A stretch of 64,000 nt of DNA from Phycisphaerales bacterium (GTDB lineage: Bacteria; Planctomycetota; Phycisphaerae; Sedimentisphaerales; UBA12454). Numbering within the stretch: the stretch's first letter is position 1; every line of letters starts with the position of its first letter. The position numbers were made by a program, and so were the translations under genes. Below, one piece after another: positions 1 through 9,637 of this stretch. The stretch lies in NCBI GenBank assembly GCA_003142595.1, contig PLMU01000003.1, positions 6,501 to 70,500 of the forward strand, read 5' to 3'. The notes below the pieces were generated by a model that was given only the letters and a program-made list of their open reading frames with translations, was not told the origin of the DNA and made no database searches.

Positions 1-1
1 A

Positions 2-655
2 ACGCTGGTGCCTGTTATCGGTTTTGTTCAGGTTGGCAGCCAGGCTATGGCCGATAGGTACAGCTATATTACCCTGACAGGTTTGTTTATTATTATCGCA
101 TGGGGCTTGCCAGAATTGCTGGCAAAATGGACTTCGGCAAGTTCAGTCGGGGCGCGACGTAGAAAAATTGCGCTTCAGACAGCCGGATATACTGTTTTGT
201 GCGTCTTGGCCTCTATTACATACATTCAAACGGGATACTGGAAAAACACTCTGACGCTTTCCGGGCACGCTGTCGAAGTAACCGAAGATAACTTCCTGGG
301 TAATGTCGGTGTGGCGCAGGAATTATTTAAACAGCATCAAATCGAGCAGGTAATCGGGTATTTCTCCGAGGCTATCCGAATCAAATCCGACTACGCCGCC
401 GCTTTCAACGGTCTAGGGGTCGCTCTGTGTTATGCGGGAAGAATCGATGAGGCTATCGTTAATTTCAATAAGGCTCTGGCATTAGAACCTGAAAATGCCT
501 CTGCTCACAACAATCTTGGTATAGCGATTGGCTCGCAGGGAAAATACGACGAGGCTATCGTGCATTTTAAGAAGGCACTGCAAATTGACCCGCAATTTAT
601 CGACGCAAAGAATAATCTCAATCTTGCACTAACAAAAATAAATCAAAAAAAATAA
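2..655 (+). CDS. C-terminal part (5' end outside window) of a TMTC-like membrane glycosyltransferase/TPR protein, paralog of the 3957-13415 array
   Basis: Reading frame of track ORF 8..655 is open to the window edge. It aligns with the last third of the downstream paralogs (VIGFVQVGSQA.ADRY.YI, GLFIIIAWGLPELLAK, then TPR units). Confidence 0.8.
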   Translation, partial: TLVPVIGFVQVGSQAMADRYSYITLTGLFIIIAWGLPELLAKWTSASSVGARRRKIALQTAGYTVLCVLASITYIQTGYWKNTLTLSGHAVEVTEDNFLGNVGVAQELFKQHQIEQVIGYFSEAIRIKSDYAAAFNGLGVALCYAGRIDEAIVNFNKALALEPENASAHNNLGIAIGSQGKYDEAIVHFKKALQIDPQFIDAKNNLNLALTKINQKK

Positions 656-656
656 A

Positions 657-1325
657 TCACTTCTTCAATATCAGGCAATACAAAAGCCCCAGAAACTTTG
701 TTTGGCCTATTTTAAATAACGTTGGCTGGGCCATTGACTGGAAATCGGCCTGACTGTAAAAGGGCTCTTCGAAACTGTGGAGCCAAAAGAGGGTTGTTCT
801 AAACCATCCAAATTGGCGTTTGCAATCGGCCAGAATTGTTTCGGGGGTATCGCTGACAAGGTCGTAAACAAGCACAAAGCCGCCCGGTTTGAGAACGCGA
901 TACGCTTCGTTAAGCCCTTCTGTCGGATGCTTCCAGTGATGCATCGAGACGGTGCTGATGACTATATCAAAATAATTATCAGGATATGGAATCTTGTCGG
1001 CGTTGCCATCTTTTATCTCTATCGACTGGACGCCTGAGGTATTCTCTTTGGCCTTGGCGACCATGGCAGGCGATGAATCGATGCCGAGGAGGCGCAATTG
1101 AGGCGATTTATTATGAAGTGTCAGAAGCAGCCGGGCAGGACCGGTGCCGATATCCAAAAGCGTGCCGCTGCTGCAATAGTTCAATATATCGTCGGCGACC
1201 ATTTGGTAATGACGCTGAAATATTACAGTTGAACTTATCGCGTTATAGAGAACCGAGCCGGGCCATGGAATCGACTCGGGATGAAGACGCTTCATTAGTC
1301 TGCCCATCAGAGAATGTTTTGCCAT
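657..1325 (-). CDS. class I SAM-dependent methyltransferase
   Basis: LLDIGTGPARLL glycine-rich SAM motif; LRLLGIDSSPAMV; VLKPGGFVLVYD. Typical Methyltransf_11/25 layout, 222 aa. Confidence 0.8.
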   Translation of the reverse strand: MAKHSLMGRLMKRLHPESIPWPGSVLYNAISSTVIFQRHYQMVADDILNYCSSGTLLDIGTGPARLLLTLHNKSPQLRLLGIDSSPAMVAKAKENTSGVQSIEIKDGNADKIPYPDNYFDIVISTVSMHHWKHPTEGLNEAYRVLKPGGFVLVYDLVSDTPETILADCKRQFGWFRTTLFWLHSFEEPFYSQADFQSMAQPTLFKIGQTKFLGLLYCLILKK

Positions 1326-1339
1326 TGTATCCAGTCCTG

Positions 1340-1594
1340 TTACGCGGTGATTATGTAAACGTGGTCGCCTTTACGGACCTTGTCGAGGACTTTAATTCCG
1401 ATTGAGTCGCCGGGGTTGGCCTGGGTAACATTTACATTATTGACCTGCATTGAGCTTATCGTCATCTCGAGGTCGGTTGTGTGGCCCTTGATTTTAATTT
1501 TGTCGCCGACTTTCAAGGCCCCTGTCAGCTCAATTCCGGCTACTACCGGCTTTGCAAAAAAATCCGATACTTTTCCAATAATTTCCTCGCTCAT
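1340..1594 (-). CDS. small EF-Tu domain-2-like beta-barrel protein (translation elongation factor-like protein)
   Basis: G.LKVGDKIKIKG...V.SMQV....V..A.PGDSIGIKV.....KGD pattern typical of GTP_EFTU_D2. Start moved to the ATG at 1594, which is preceded by AAGGAG. Confidence 0.6.
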   Translation of the reverse strand: MSEEIIGKVSDFFAKPVVAGIELTGALKVGDKIKIKGHTTDLEMTISSMQVNNVNVTQANPGDSIGIKVLDKVRKGDHVYIITA

Positions 1595-1796
1595 TTTCAG
1601 CTCCTTTCCATTCATTGTTTTATTTAGTATACTTTTATTATTCTATCGCCGGTATTTTCCTCACGCAAGAGGCAAAACCGACAAAAAAGCCCATTTTCCT
1701 GAGCCTTAAATGTATTGTAAATCCGCAGAAAAAATGGTAAAATAGCTTTTAAATCATTCGGCGGTTATCGGCCGAACGCAAAACAAGGAGTTATAT

Positions 1797-3299
1797 ATGC
1801 GCAATAGAGCTTTTTCTGTGTTTGCGGTTTTTGCAGCGGCTGTATTGCCGGCTGCTGTAATGTGCTGCGGTCAAACCGATTCAAATGAACCTAATAAACC
1901 TAATCATTTTTCCGAGGTGCTGCTTGGCACGGTGTCCAATCAAATACTTCACGCTGTCCGCAGCATCGATAATCGGCATATTGCCCTTGTAACCGCCAAA
2001 GGCTCCAAGATTCAGGTTATCGTCGATGGCAAAGTTGAGCCGGAGTATGACAGTCTTATGGAAGGCGCTCTTCTTTTCAGCCCCGACAGCAATCATATGG
2101 CATACCTGGCCAGAAAGGACATAAGATGGCTTGTTGTTGCCGATGGCAAACCAGGAGCGGAATATGACGGCATCAACAAAGAAACTATCGCCTTCAGCCC
2201 CGACAGTAAACGCCTGGCTTACGTTGCAAGAAAAGCAGTCAAATATGTCGTTGTCACTGACGGCAAGAACAGCCCGGATTATAACGGCATTGTAACAAGC
2301 TCTTTTTTCAGCCCCGATAGTAAACATACCGCGTATGCCATCCAGAAGACCGGAAAATGGCAGCCTGTTATTGATGGAAATGCCGGACCGGAATACGAAC
2401 GAATCGGCTTTATCGTTTTCAGCCCCGATGGCAAGCGAGTGGCTTACGTTGCAGTAAACAAAGGCAGACCATTGGTCGTTACCGACGGAAATGCCGGACC
2501 GGGGTATGATTTTATTATGGAAAAAACTCCTATCTTCAGCTCGGATAGTCAGCACCTGATTTATGCAGGTAAAAAAGGCGACAAATGGCAGGTCGTTGTC
2601 GATGGCCAGAGCGGCCCTGAATACGATGGCATCGGCAAAGGACTTCCTCCTATTTTCAGTCCTGATGGAAAAAAAACAGTCTATATAGCCAGAAAAGAAT
2701 ATAAATGGCTGGTCGTCATTGATGGTAATGCCCAGCCGGAATGTGCCGACGTCCAGGAAGGCTCGCTCCTCTTCAGCCCCGACAGCAAACGATTGGCCTA
2801 CGTCGCCGGAATAGCTGGCAAATGGGCGGTTATCGTGGACGGAAAAGCACAATCCCAGTACGATGATATTATGGCAGGAAGTCTCTGTTTCAGTCCCGAC
2901 AGCAGTCGCCTGGCGTATGTCGCAATAAAGGGAATTAAAAAAACGGTCGTTGTCGATGGCCAGGCCGGCGTGGAATACTCCGGAATTATCCCTCCTGTTT
3001 TCAGTCCCGACAGCAAACGTTTAGCATATATAATTCAGAAAGACAAAAAATGGGCCGTCATCGTAGATGGCCAGTCCGAACGGGAATATGACGGAATTAC
3101 CCCAATTGTTTTCAGCAAGGACAGCAAAAAAATAGCTTACGGCATACAGAATAACGCTAAGTGGCAGCTCGTCGTTGATGCTGATGCAGGCCCGATATAT
3201 GATGCTTTTGTGTGCAGCCCCACAACGTCCGGCGAAAATGGTTTTGGGGCAATTGCCGTTCGAGACAATACGTTTTATCGAACGTTATGGAAACCGTAA
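1797..3299 (+). CDS. secreted or lipoprotein with about 11 tandem PD40/TolB-type (WD40-like) beta-propeller repeats
   Basis: AAGGAG SD 6 nt upstream. N-terminal signal peptide ends AAVMCCGQ. About 38-aa units repeat FSPDSKRLAYVA.K..KW.VVVDGK.GPEYDGI. Confidence 0.8.
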   Translation: MRNRAFSVFAVFAAAVLPAAVMCCGQTDSNEPNKPNHFSEVLLGTVSNQILHAVRSIDNRHIALVTAKGSKIQVIVDGKVEPEYDSLMEGALLFSPDSNHMAYLARKDIRWLVVADGKPGAEYDGINKETIAFSPDSKRLAYVARKAVKYVVVTDGKNSPDYNGIVTSSFFSPDSKHTAYAIQKTGKWQPVIDGNAGPEYERIGFIVFSPDGKRVAYVAVNKGRPLVVTDGNAGPGYDFIMEKTPIFSSDSQHLIYAGKKGDKWQVVVDGQSGPEYDGIGKGLPPIFSPDGKKTVYIARKEYKWLVVIDGNAQPECADVQEGSLLFSPDSKRLAYVAGIAGKWAVIVDGKAQSQYDDIMAGSLCFSPDSSRLAYVAIKGIKKTVVVDGQAGVEYSGIIPPVFSPDSKRLAYIIQKDKKWAVIVDGQSEREYDGITPIVFSKDSKKIAYGIQNNAKWQLVVDADAGPIYDAFVCSPTTSGENGFGAIAVRDNTFYRTLWKP

Positions 3300-3323
3300 A
3301 CTTTTTTCGGCTATAATCATTAA

Positions 3324-3767
3324 CTATTGTTTGATTCTCAAAAGCTTAAATCCGCTCGCAGGGTCGGTTTCTCTTACTGCGTCAATTCCGTCTATTTCAA
3401 TAATCGTTACTTCAAGGATTAAAAATATGCTCGCCCCACCGCGCGGACAGCCGACAATATGATTACCCCCCCTGCCCAGTCCGGCGTGCAAATGCAATTT
3501 AGGTTTGCCTGTATCGTCGTAATAAATTGTACCGACGCCGAAAGTCTCGCCCGGCCCTTCGAAATTTACAAAATTCGCCTCTATCCTCGGCTTTTCAGTC
3601 TTCGGCCCGACAACTACATCAGCTTTTCTGATTCCGCCGGTTATCAGGACCGCTGCTGATTTTATTTTTTCTTTTTCAGCAATTGATTCGATTGAGCCGT
3701 AAAGATTTTCGCCCTCAAAGAGCCGCGCCGCGATAACTCTGCCCACTCTGCCAACCGCATATTCCAT
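3324..3767 (-). CDS. PPC (DUF296) domain protein
   Basis: 147 aa with an AGGAGA SD. KLHLHAGLGRGGNHIVG..RGG segment resembles the H.H....GGH core of PPC/DUF296 proteins. Confidence 0.55.
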   Translation of the reverse strand: MEYAVGRVGRVIAARLFEGENLYGSIESIAEKEKIKSAAVLITGGIRKADVVVGPKTEKPRIEANFVNFEGPGETFGVGTIYYDDTGKPKLHLHAGLGRGGNHIVGCPRGGASIFLILEVTIIEIDGIDAVRETDPASGFKLLRIKQ

Positions 3768-3920
3768 ATCTATCTCCTGTAAAACTTTAAAACCTTAACC
3801 AATCGAATAGTTTACTGTAAAAAACAATATGATTAAAGAGAAAAGTTGGTTTAGATCAGCCTCGCTGCCTGCGACGGCGGTTTGTCATTCTTATACACAG
3901 ACCGTAACTGGTTTTGCTCC

Positions 3921-3949
3921 TTGACAACAAATGTTCGTGTAAATATATT
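3921..3949 (+). promoter_or_regulatory. sigma70-type promoter TTGACA-N17-TATATT; the -10 ends 7 nt before the ATG (leaderless geometry)
   Basis: TTGACA at 3921-3926, 17-nt spacer, TATATT at 3944-3949, ATG at 3957, no SD between them. The same block recurs at 5739 and 11694. Confidence 0.55.
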
Positions 3950-3956
3950 ACTGTCT

Positions 3957-5663
3957 ATGCCCGAACAGGTAAAAAAAACTCTTGTCATTTCAATTTATTT
4001 CGCCTTAACAGTCAGTGCATTGCTGGTCTTCTGGCAGGTCAGGAATTTCGATTTTATCAATTATGACGATAAGGATTATGTATCTCAAAATCCCTATGTT
4101 TTAAACGGCCTGACCGCAGGCGCCGCCCGGTGGGCTTTTACGACCGGCCATGCGGGAAACCGGCTTCCTTTGACCTGGCTTTCGCTTATGCTCGATTGTC
4201 AATTGTTTGGCCCCAACGCAGGCAGGATTCATCTTATAAATCTCCTTTTGCACATTGCAAATACCCTGCTGCTCTTTACGGTTCTTAAAAAAATGACCGG
4301 CGCTCTTTGGCAAAGTGCTTTTGTGGCCGCTCTCTTTGCTCTCCACCCGCTTCATGTCGAATCTGTTGCCTGGATAGCGGAACGCAAAGATGTATTAAGC
4401 ACTTTCTTTTGGATGTTGACGTTACTTGCCTATTTTGTTTATGTCAGCCGTCCATCTGTATTTCGATATATTGTGACTCTTGCAGCCTTTGCGCTGGGCC
4501 TTATGGCCAAGCCTATGCTGGTAACATTGCCTTTTGTATTGCTTTTGCTGGACTATTGGCCGCTTGACCGTATTGGCCGTTTTCAATTGCGGACACTCAA
4601 TCGTTTGATTCTGTCCGCAGGACGCCTCACGGCGGAAAAAATCCCTTTTATTGTTATTTCGATTGCATCAAGTGTCATCACCTTTCTTGGCCAGCAAAGC
4701 AGCAAGGCAGTAATATCATTTGCCCAGTTCCCTTTAAAGTTTCGCATCGGCAACGCCTTTATTTCTTATGCCAGGTATATAGAAAAAATGATTTGGCCAA
4801 GCCGCCTGGCCGTGTTTTATCCGCATCCCTATGAAACCGTATCTGTTTCATATGTTGTAATATCAGCCATTCTGCTATTGGCCGTAACGATTCTTGTAAT
4901 TCGATTCGCCAAAAATCACCGATACCTCGTTACTGGCTGGTTTTGGTATCTTGGAACGCTCATACCCGTCATTGGCATTGTTCAAGTCGGTTTGCAGGCC
5001 TATGCCGACCGTTATACTTATATTCCATATATAGGCCTGTTCATAATGCTTGCATGGGGTTTGCCGCAGCTTCTTTCAAAATTGATTTATCGGAAAATCG
5101 CTCTTGGCTTATCGATGGCAATTGTGCTGACGACTTTCGGAATATGTGCTCATCGGCAAGTAAGCTTTTGGAATAACAGTATCACCCTTTTTTCGCACGC
5201 CATCGAGGCAACGCAAAACAATTATATTGCGTATAATAATCTTGGCAATGCTTACAACGGTATTGGTCGCTATCAGGAGGCGATAGAGGAATTCAGACAA
5301 GCCATAAAAATCAGGCCGTATTATGCAGATGCCTACTATAATCTTGGCCTTGCTTACGGCAATCTTAGCCACCACACCGAGGCTATAGAGGCCTTTAAGC
5401 AGGTCATAAAAATCAAGCCGGATGATGCCGAGGCATACTATAATCTTGGCAATGCCTACTACGCCCTTGGCCGCAGCCCCGAGGCGATAGATGCCTATCA
5501 GCAGGCCATAAAAATCAATCCAGATAATGCCGATGCACACGCCAATCTTGGCGTTGCTTACCTGGCGATAGGCGACAAAAATTCCGCTCTGGCAGAATAT
5601 AATATTCTTAAGTCTTTAAACTCAGAACTTGCAAATGATCTCTTAAACCAGATTAACAAATGA
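3957..5663 (+). CDS. TMTC-like GT-C membrane glycosyltransferase domain + 4 TPR (array copy 1)
   Basis: The polytopic N-domain carries NYDD in the first loop and HPLHVESVAWIAERKDVLSTFFW. Four 34-aa TPR units follow, then the conserved tail AYLAIGDKNSALAEYNILKSLNSELAN. Start taken at the Met homologous to the other copies (MPEQVKKTLV). Confidence 0.85.
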   Translation: MPEQVKKTLVISIYFALTVSALLVFWQVRNFDFINYDDKDYVSQNPYVLNGLTAGAARWAFTTGHAGNRLPLTWLSLMLDCQLFGPNAGRIHLINLLLHIANTLLLFTVLKKMTGALWQSAFVAALFALHPLHVESVAWIAERKDVLSTFFWMLTLLAYFVYVSRPSVFRYIVTLAAFALGLMAKPMLVTLPFVLLLLDYWPLDRIGRFQLRTLNRLILSAGRLTAEKIPFIVISIASSVITFLGQQSSKAVISFAQFPLKFRIGNAFISYARYIEKMIWPSRLAVFYPHPYETVSVSYVVISAILLLAVTILVIRFAKNHRYLVTGWFWYLGTLIPVIGIVQVGLQAYADRYTYIPYIGLFIMLAWGLPQLLSKLIYRKIALGLSMAIVLTTFGICAHRQVSFWNNSITLFSHAIEATQNNYIAYNNLGNAYNGIGRYQEAIEEFRQAIKIRPYYADAYYNLGLAYGNLSHHTEAIEAFKQVIKIKPDDAEAYYNLGNAYYALGRSPEAIDAYQQAIKINPDNADAHANLGVAYLAIGDKNSALAEYNILKSLNSELANDLLNQINK

Positions 5664-5738
5664 AAAAGTAACCTTTGCAGGACTTAGGACTTTTACTGCT
5701 CGGCATTCTTACAGGCTGACCGTAACTGGTTTTGCTTC

Positions 5739-5767
5739 TTGACAATAAATGTTTGTGTAAATATATT
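5739..5767 (+). promoter_or_regulatory. sigma70-type promoter TTGACA-N17-TATATT, leaderless geometry
   Basis: TTGACA at 5739-5744, TATATT at 5762-5767, ATG at 5775. Confidence 0.55.
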
Positions 5768-5774
5768 GTTGCCT

Positions 5775-7820
5775 ATGCCCCAACAGGTAAAAAAAACTCT
5801 TGTCATTTCGATTTATTTCGCCTTAACAATCAGTGCATTGCTGGTTTTTTGGCAGACCAGAAATTTCGATTTCGTCAATTATGACGATAATACTTATGTA
5901 TCTGAAAATCCTCACGTTCTAAACGGCCTGACTTTCGACAATATCATTTGGGCTTTTACGGCCGGCCACGCGGGAAACTGGCACCCTTTGACCTGGCTTT
6001 CGCTTATGCTCGATTGCCAGTTGTTCGGTACCAACGCAGGCTGGATGCATCTTGTAAATCTCCTTTTGCACCTTGCAAATACTCTGCTGCTCTTTACGGT
6101 TCTGACTTCGGCAAGCTCAGTCGAGCCTAAAAAAATGACCAGCGCACTGTGGCCAAGCGCATTTGTAGCTGCGGCCTTTGCACTTCACCCGATGCATGTC
6201 GAATCGGTCGCCTGGATTACTGAGCGCAAGGACGTTTTAAGCACTTTTTTTTGGCTGCTTGCGATGTTAGTGTATGTGCGGTATATTAAGCAGCCCACCG
6301 CTGCGCGATACCTGCTTGTCTTATTAATTTTCGCTTTTGGTCTTATGGCAAAGTCTATGCTGGTTACTTTGCCGTTTGTATTTCTTCTGCTGGACTATTG
6401 GCCGCTTAATCGAATAAACGGTTTTAACTGGAAAATAATATACCGGTTAATTTTGGAGAAAATCCCTTTCATCTTTCTATCAGCGGTCTCAAGCGTTATC
6501 ACCTTTTTGGTTCAGCGAAAAAGCGGTGCGATGCCGGGCATTAATATTAATGGTCTTCCTTTGAAGGCCAGGACTGTCAATGCCTTCTTATCTTACGCAA
6601 GATACATAGGGGAAATGTTCTGGCCGCAAAATATGGCGGTATTTTATCCTTTTGACGCCGGCAGCTTTGCGTTCCGGCAGGTGGCGATGTGTGTTTTGCT
6701 GCTGCTTGTTATGTCCATTTTTGTGATTCGTTTCGGACGAAATCAAAAGTATTTGCCTGTAGGCTGGTTTTGGTTTGTCGGAACACTTGTGCCTGTCATA
6801 GGATTTGTTCAGGTTGGCTCGCAGGCCTATGCCGACCGTTACACTTATGTCCCGTATATAGGCCTGTTCATAATGCTCGCATGGGGTCTGCCCGAGTTGC
6901 TGGCAAAATTGCTTTCGGCGAGCCCGGTCGAGTCGCCTCAACGAAAAATCGCTCTCGGCTTATCTATGGTGATTGTGCTGACGACTCTCGGAATATGTGC
7001 CCATCGACAGACAAGTTATTGGAAAAACAGTTTTACACTTTTTTCGCACGCACTGGCGGTAACACAAAACAATTATGTCGCATACGGTAATCTTGGCGTT
7101 GCTTACGTTAATCTCAACAGTTACAACAAGGCGATAGATGCCTATCAGCAGGCCATAAAAATCAATCCGGAATACGCCTTTGCATATCATGCTCTTGGTG
7201 TTGCCTGCGCCAAACTCAGCCGTTATCAAGATGCTATAGAATCCTATAAACAAGCTATCAGGATAAAGCCGGATGAGGCAGATGCACACTATAATCTTGG
7301 CAATTCTTATGCTAAGCTTGGCCGCTGGCCCGAGGCGATAGATGCCTATAAGCAGGCCATAAGAATCCAGCCCGATTTAGCCGATGTATACAGAAATCTT
7401 GGCAATGCCTACGCCAGACTTGGCCGTTATCAAGACGCTATAGAATTCTATAAACAAGCTATCAGGAGAAAGCCGGATGATGCCGAGGCAGAGTTTGACC
7501 TTGGTAATGCCTGCTACGCCCTTGGCCGCCGGCCCGAGGCGATAGAGACATTCAGGCAGGCCATCGGAATCAAGCCGGATTACGCCGAAGCATACTATAA
7601 TCTTGGCATTGCTTATGACGACCTTGGCCGATATGCCGAGGCGATAGATGCCTATAAGCAGGCCGTCAGAATTAAGCCGGATGACGACGAGGCTCACTGT
7701 AGGCTTGGCGCTGCTTACCTGGCGATTGGCGACAAAAATTCCGCTCTGGCAGAATATAATATTCTTAAGTCTTTGAACTCAGAACTCGCAAATAAACTCT
7801 TAAAAGAGATTAACAAATGA
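5775..7820 (+). CDS. TMTC-like GT-C membrane domain + 7 TPR (array copy 2)
   Basis: Same N-domain motifs (NYDD, HPMHVESVAWITERKDVLSTFFW). Seven TPR units. Carries two copies of the 24-nt mini-insertion. Confidence 0.85.
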   Translation: MPQQVKKTLVISIYFALTISALLVFWQTRNFDFVNYDDNTYVSENPHVLNGLTFDNIIWAFTAGHAGNWHPLTWLSLMLDCQLFGTNAGWMHLVNLLLHLANTLLLFTVLTSASSVEPKKMTSALWPSAFVAAAFALHPMHVESVAWITERKDVLSTFFWLLAMLVYVRYIKQPTAARYLLVLLIFAFGLMAKSMLVTLPFVFLLLDYWPLNRINGFNWKIIYRLILEKIPFIFLSAVSSVITFLVQRKSGAMPGININGLPLKARTVNAFLSYARYIGEMFWPQNMAVFYPFDAGSFAFRQVAMCVLLLLVMSIFVIRFGRNQKYLPVGWFWFVGTLVPVIGFVQVGSQAYADRYTYVPYIGLFIMLAWGLPELLAKLLSASPVESPQRKIALGLSMVIVLTTLGICAHRQTSYWKNSFTLFSHALAVTQNNYVAYGNLGVAYVNLNSYNKAIDAYQQAIKINPEYAFAYHALGVACAKLSRYQDAIESYKQAIRIKPDEADAHYNLGNSYAKLGRWPEAIDAYKQAIRIQPDLADVYRNLGNAYARLGRYQDAIEFYKQAIRRKPDDAEAEFDLGNACYALGRRPEAIETFRQAIGIKPDYAEAYYNLGIAYDDLGRYAEAIDAYKQAVRIKPDDDEAHCRLGAAYLAIGDKNSALAEYNILKSLNSELANKLLKEINK

Positions 7821-9637
7821 AAACGCAACTTATGTCCGAACAGGCAAAAAAAACTCTTGTCCTTTCTATTTATTTCGCCTTGGCAGTCAGTGCGTTGCTG
7901 GTTTTCTGGCAGGTCAGAAACTCCGATTTCGTCTATTATGACGATGACGATTACGTATCTGCAAATCCCCATGTTTTAAACGGCTTTTCCCCCAGCAATC
8001 TGGCCTGGGCTTTTACCACCAACCTCTCGTCCCACTGGCATCCTTTGACATGGTTTTCGCTTATGCTCGATTGTCAATTGTTCGGCCCCAACGCAGGCAG
8101 GATTCATCTTATAAATCTCCTTTTGCACATTGCAAATACCCTGCTGCTCTTTATAGTTCTAAAAAAAATGACAGGCGCACTTTGGCAAAGCGCATTCGTG
8201 GCGGCTCTGTTTGCACTTCACCCACTTCACGTCGAATCCGTCGCCTGGATTGCTGAGCGAAAAGATGTATTAAGCACTTTCTTTTGGCTGCTTGCGATGT
8301 TGGCGTATGCGCAATATGTCAAAAAGCCCGACGCCGCGCGATACCTGCTTGTCTTATTAATTTTCGCTTTGGGTCTTATGGCAAAACCTATGCTGGTTAC
8401 TTTACCGTTTGTGCTGCTGCTGCTCGATTATTGGCCGCTCGAACGGATAGGCCGTTTTAGTCGGCAAATTTTTTATCGTTTGGTTTTGGAAAAGGTTCCT
8501 TTCTTCGCTCTTTCAGTCATCTCAAGTATTATCACCTTTTTAGTTATGCGAAGCGGTGGCACGGTGAGTGATATCTTTTCTTTGAACAGCAGAATCGCCA
8601 ACGCTTTTTTATCCTATGCAGAATATATCAGTAAAATGTTCTGGCCGTGCAATCTGGCAGTATTCTATCCTTTTAACGCCGGAAGTATTTCATTCGGGCA
8701 GGCTGCGATATGTGCTTTGCTGCTGCTTGTTATATCCATTTTTGTAATTCGTTTTGGACGAAATCAAAAGTATTTACCGATGGGCTGGTTCTGGTTCGTC
8801 GGAACACTTGCCCCGGTCATCGGCATTGTTCAGGTCGGCCGGCAGGCTTATGCCGACCGTTACACTTATATCCCATATATAGGTCTGTTCATAATGCTTG
8901 CATGGGGTTTGCCGCAGCTTCTTTCAAAATTGCTTTCGGCGAGCCCAGTCAAATCGCCTCAACGAAAAATCGCTCTCGGCTTACCGATGGTAATTGTGCT
9001 GACGACCCTGGGAATATGCGCCTATCAGCAGACAAGCTATTGGAAAAATAGTGTTACCCTATTTTCGCACGCACTGGCGGTAACACAAAACAATTATGTC
9101 GCATACAATAATCTTGGCATTGCTTACGTTGATCTTGGCCGCTGGCCCGAGGCGATAGATAACTGTAAGCAGGCCATAAACATCAAGCCGAATTTAGCCG
9201 AAGCACATGCCAATCTCGGCATTGCTTATGCTGCCCTTGGCCGCTTGCCCGAAGCGATAGACGCCTATAAGCAGGCCATAAACATCAAGCCGGATTTCGC
9301 CAAGGCATATTATAATCTCGGCGTTGCTTACGGCGAGCTTGACCGCAGCACCGAGGCTATAGAAGCCTTTAAGCAGGCCATACTTATCAAGTCAGATTAC
9401 GCCAAGGCATACCTTAATCTTGGCGTTGCTTACGGCAAGCTTGGCCGATTGCCCGAGGCGATAGAGGCCTTTAAGCAGGCCATAAAACTTAAGCCGGATT
9501 ATGTTGAGGCGCACAAAAATCTTGGCACTGCTTACCTGGCGATAGGCAACAAAAATTCCGCTATGGCGGAATTTAATATTCTTAAGTCTTTGAACTCAGA
9601 ACTCGCAAATAAACTCTCAAAAGAGATTAACAAATGA
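7817..9637 (+). CDS. TMTC-like GT-C membrane domain + 5 TPR (array copy 3)
   Basis: ATGA start/stop overlap with copy 2. YYDDDDY loop and HPLHVESVAWIAERKDVLSTFFW. Five TPR units. Confidence 0.85.
   Translation: MKTQLMSEQAKKTLVLSIYFALAVSALLVFWQVRNSDFVYYDDDDYVSANPHVLNGFSPSNLAWAFTTNLSSHWHPLTWFSLMLDCQLFGPNAGRIHLINLLLHIANTLLLFIVLKKMTGALWQSAFVAALFALHPLHVESVAWIAERKDVLSTFFWLLAMLAYAQYVKKPDAARYLLVLLIFALGLMAKPMLVTLPFVLLLLDYWPLERIGRFSRQIFYRLVLEKVPFFALSVISSIITFLVMRSGGTVSDIFSLNSRIANAFLSYAEYISKMFWPCNLAVFYPFNAGSISFGQAAICALLLLVISIFVIRFGRNQKYLPMGWFWFVGTLAPVIGIVQVGRQAYADRYTYIPYIGLFIMLAWGLPQLLSKLLSASPVKSPQRKIALGLPMVIVLTTLGICAYQQTSYWKNSVTLFSHALAVTQNNYVAYNNLGIAYVDLGRWPEAIDNCKQAINIKPNLAEAHANLGIAYAALGRLPEAIDAYKQAINIKPDFAKAYYNLGVAYGELDRSTEAIEAFKQAILIKSDYAKAYLNLGVAYGKLGRLPEAIEAFKQAIKLKPDYVEAHKNLGTAYLAIGNKNSAMAEFNILKSLNSELANKLSKEINK

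Noticed and set aside
1881-2852. 323-aa ORF antisense to the PD40-repeat gene
   Set aside because: It is a shadow ORF created by the periodic repeat structure. It has no SD and no recognisable motifs, whereas the + strand frame has clear repeat logic and a signal peptide.
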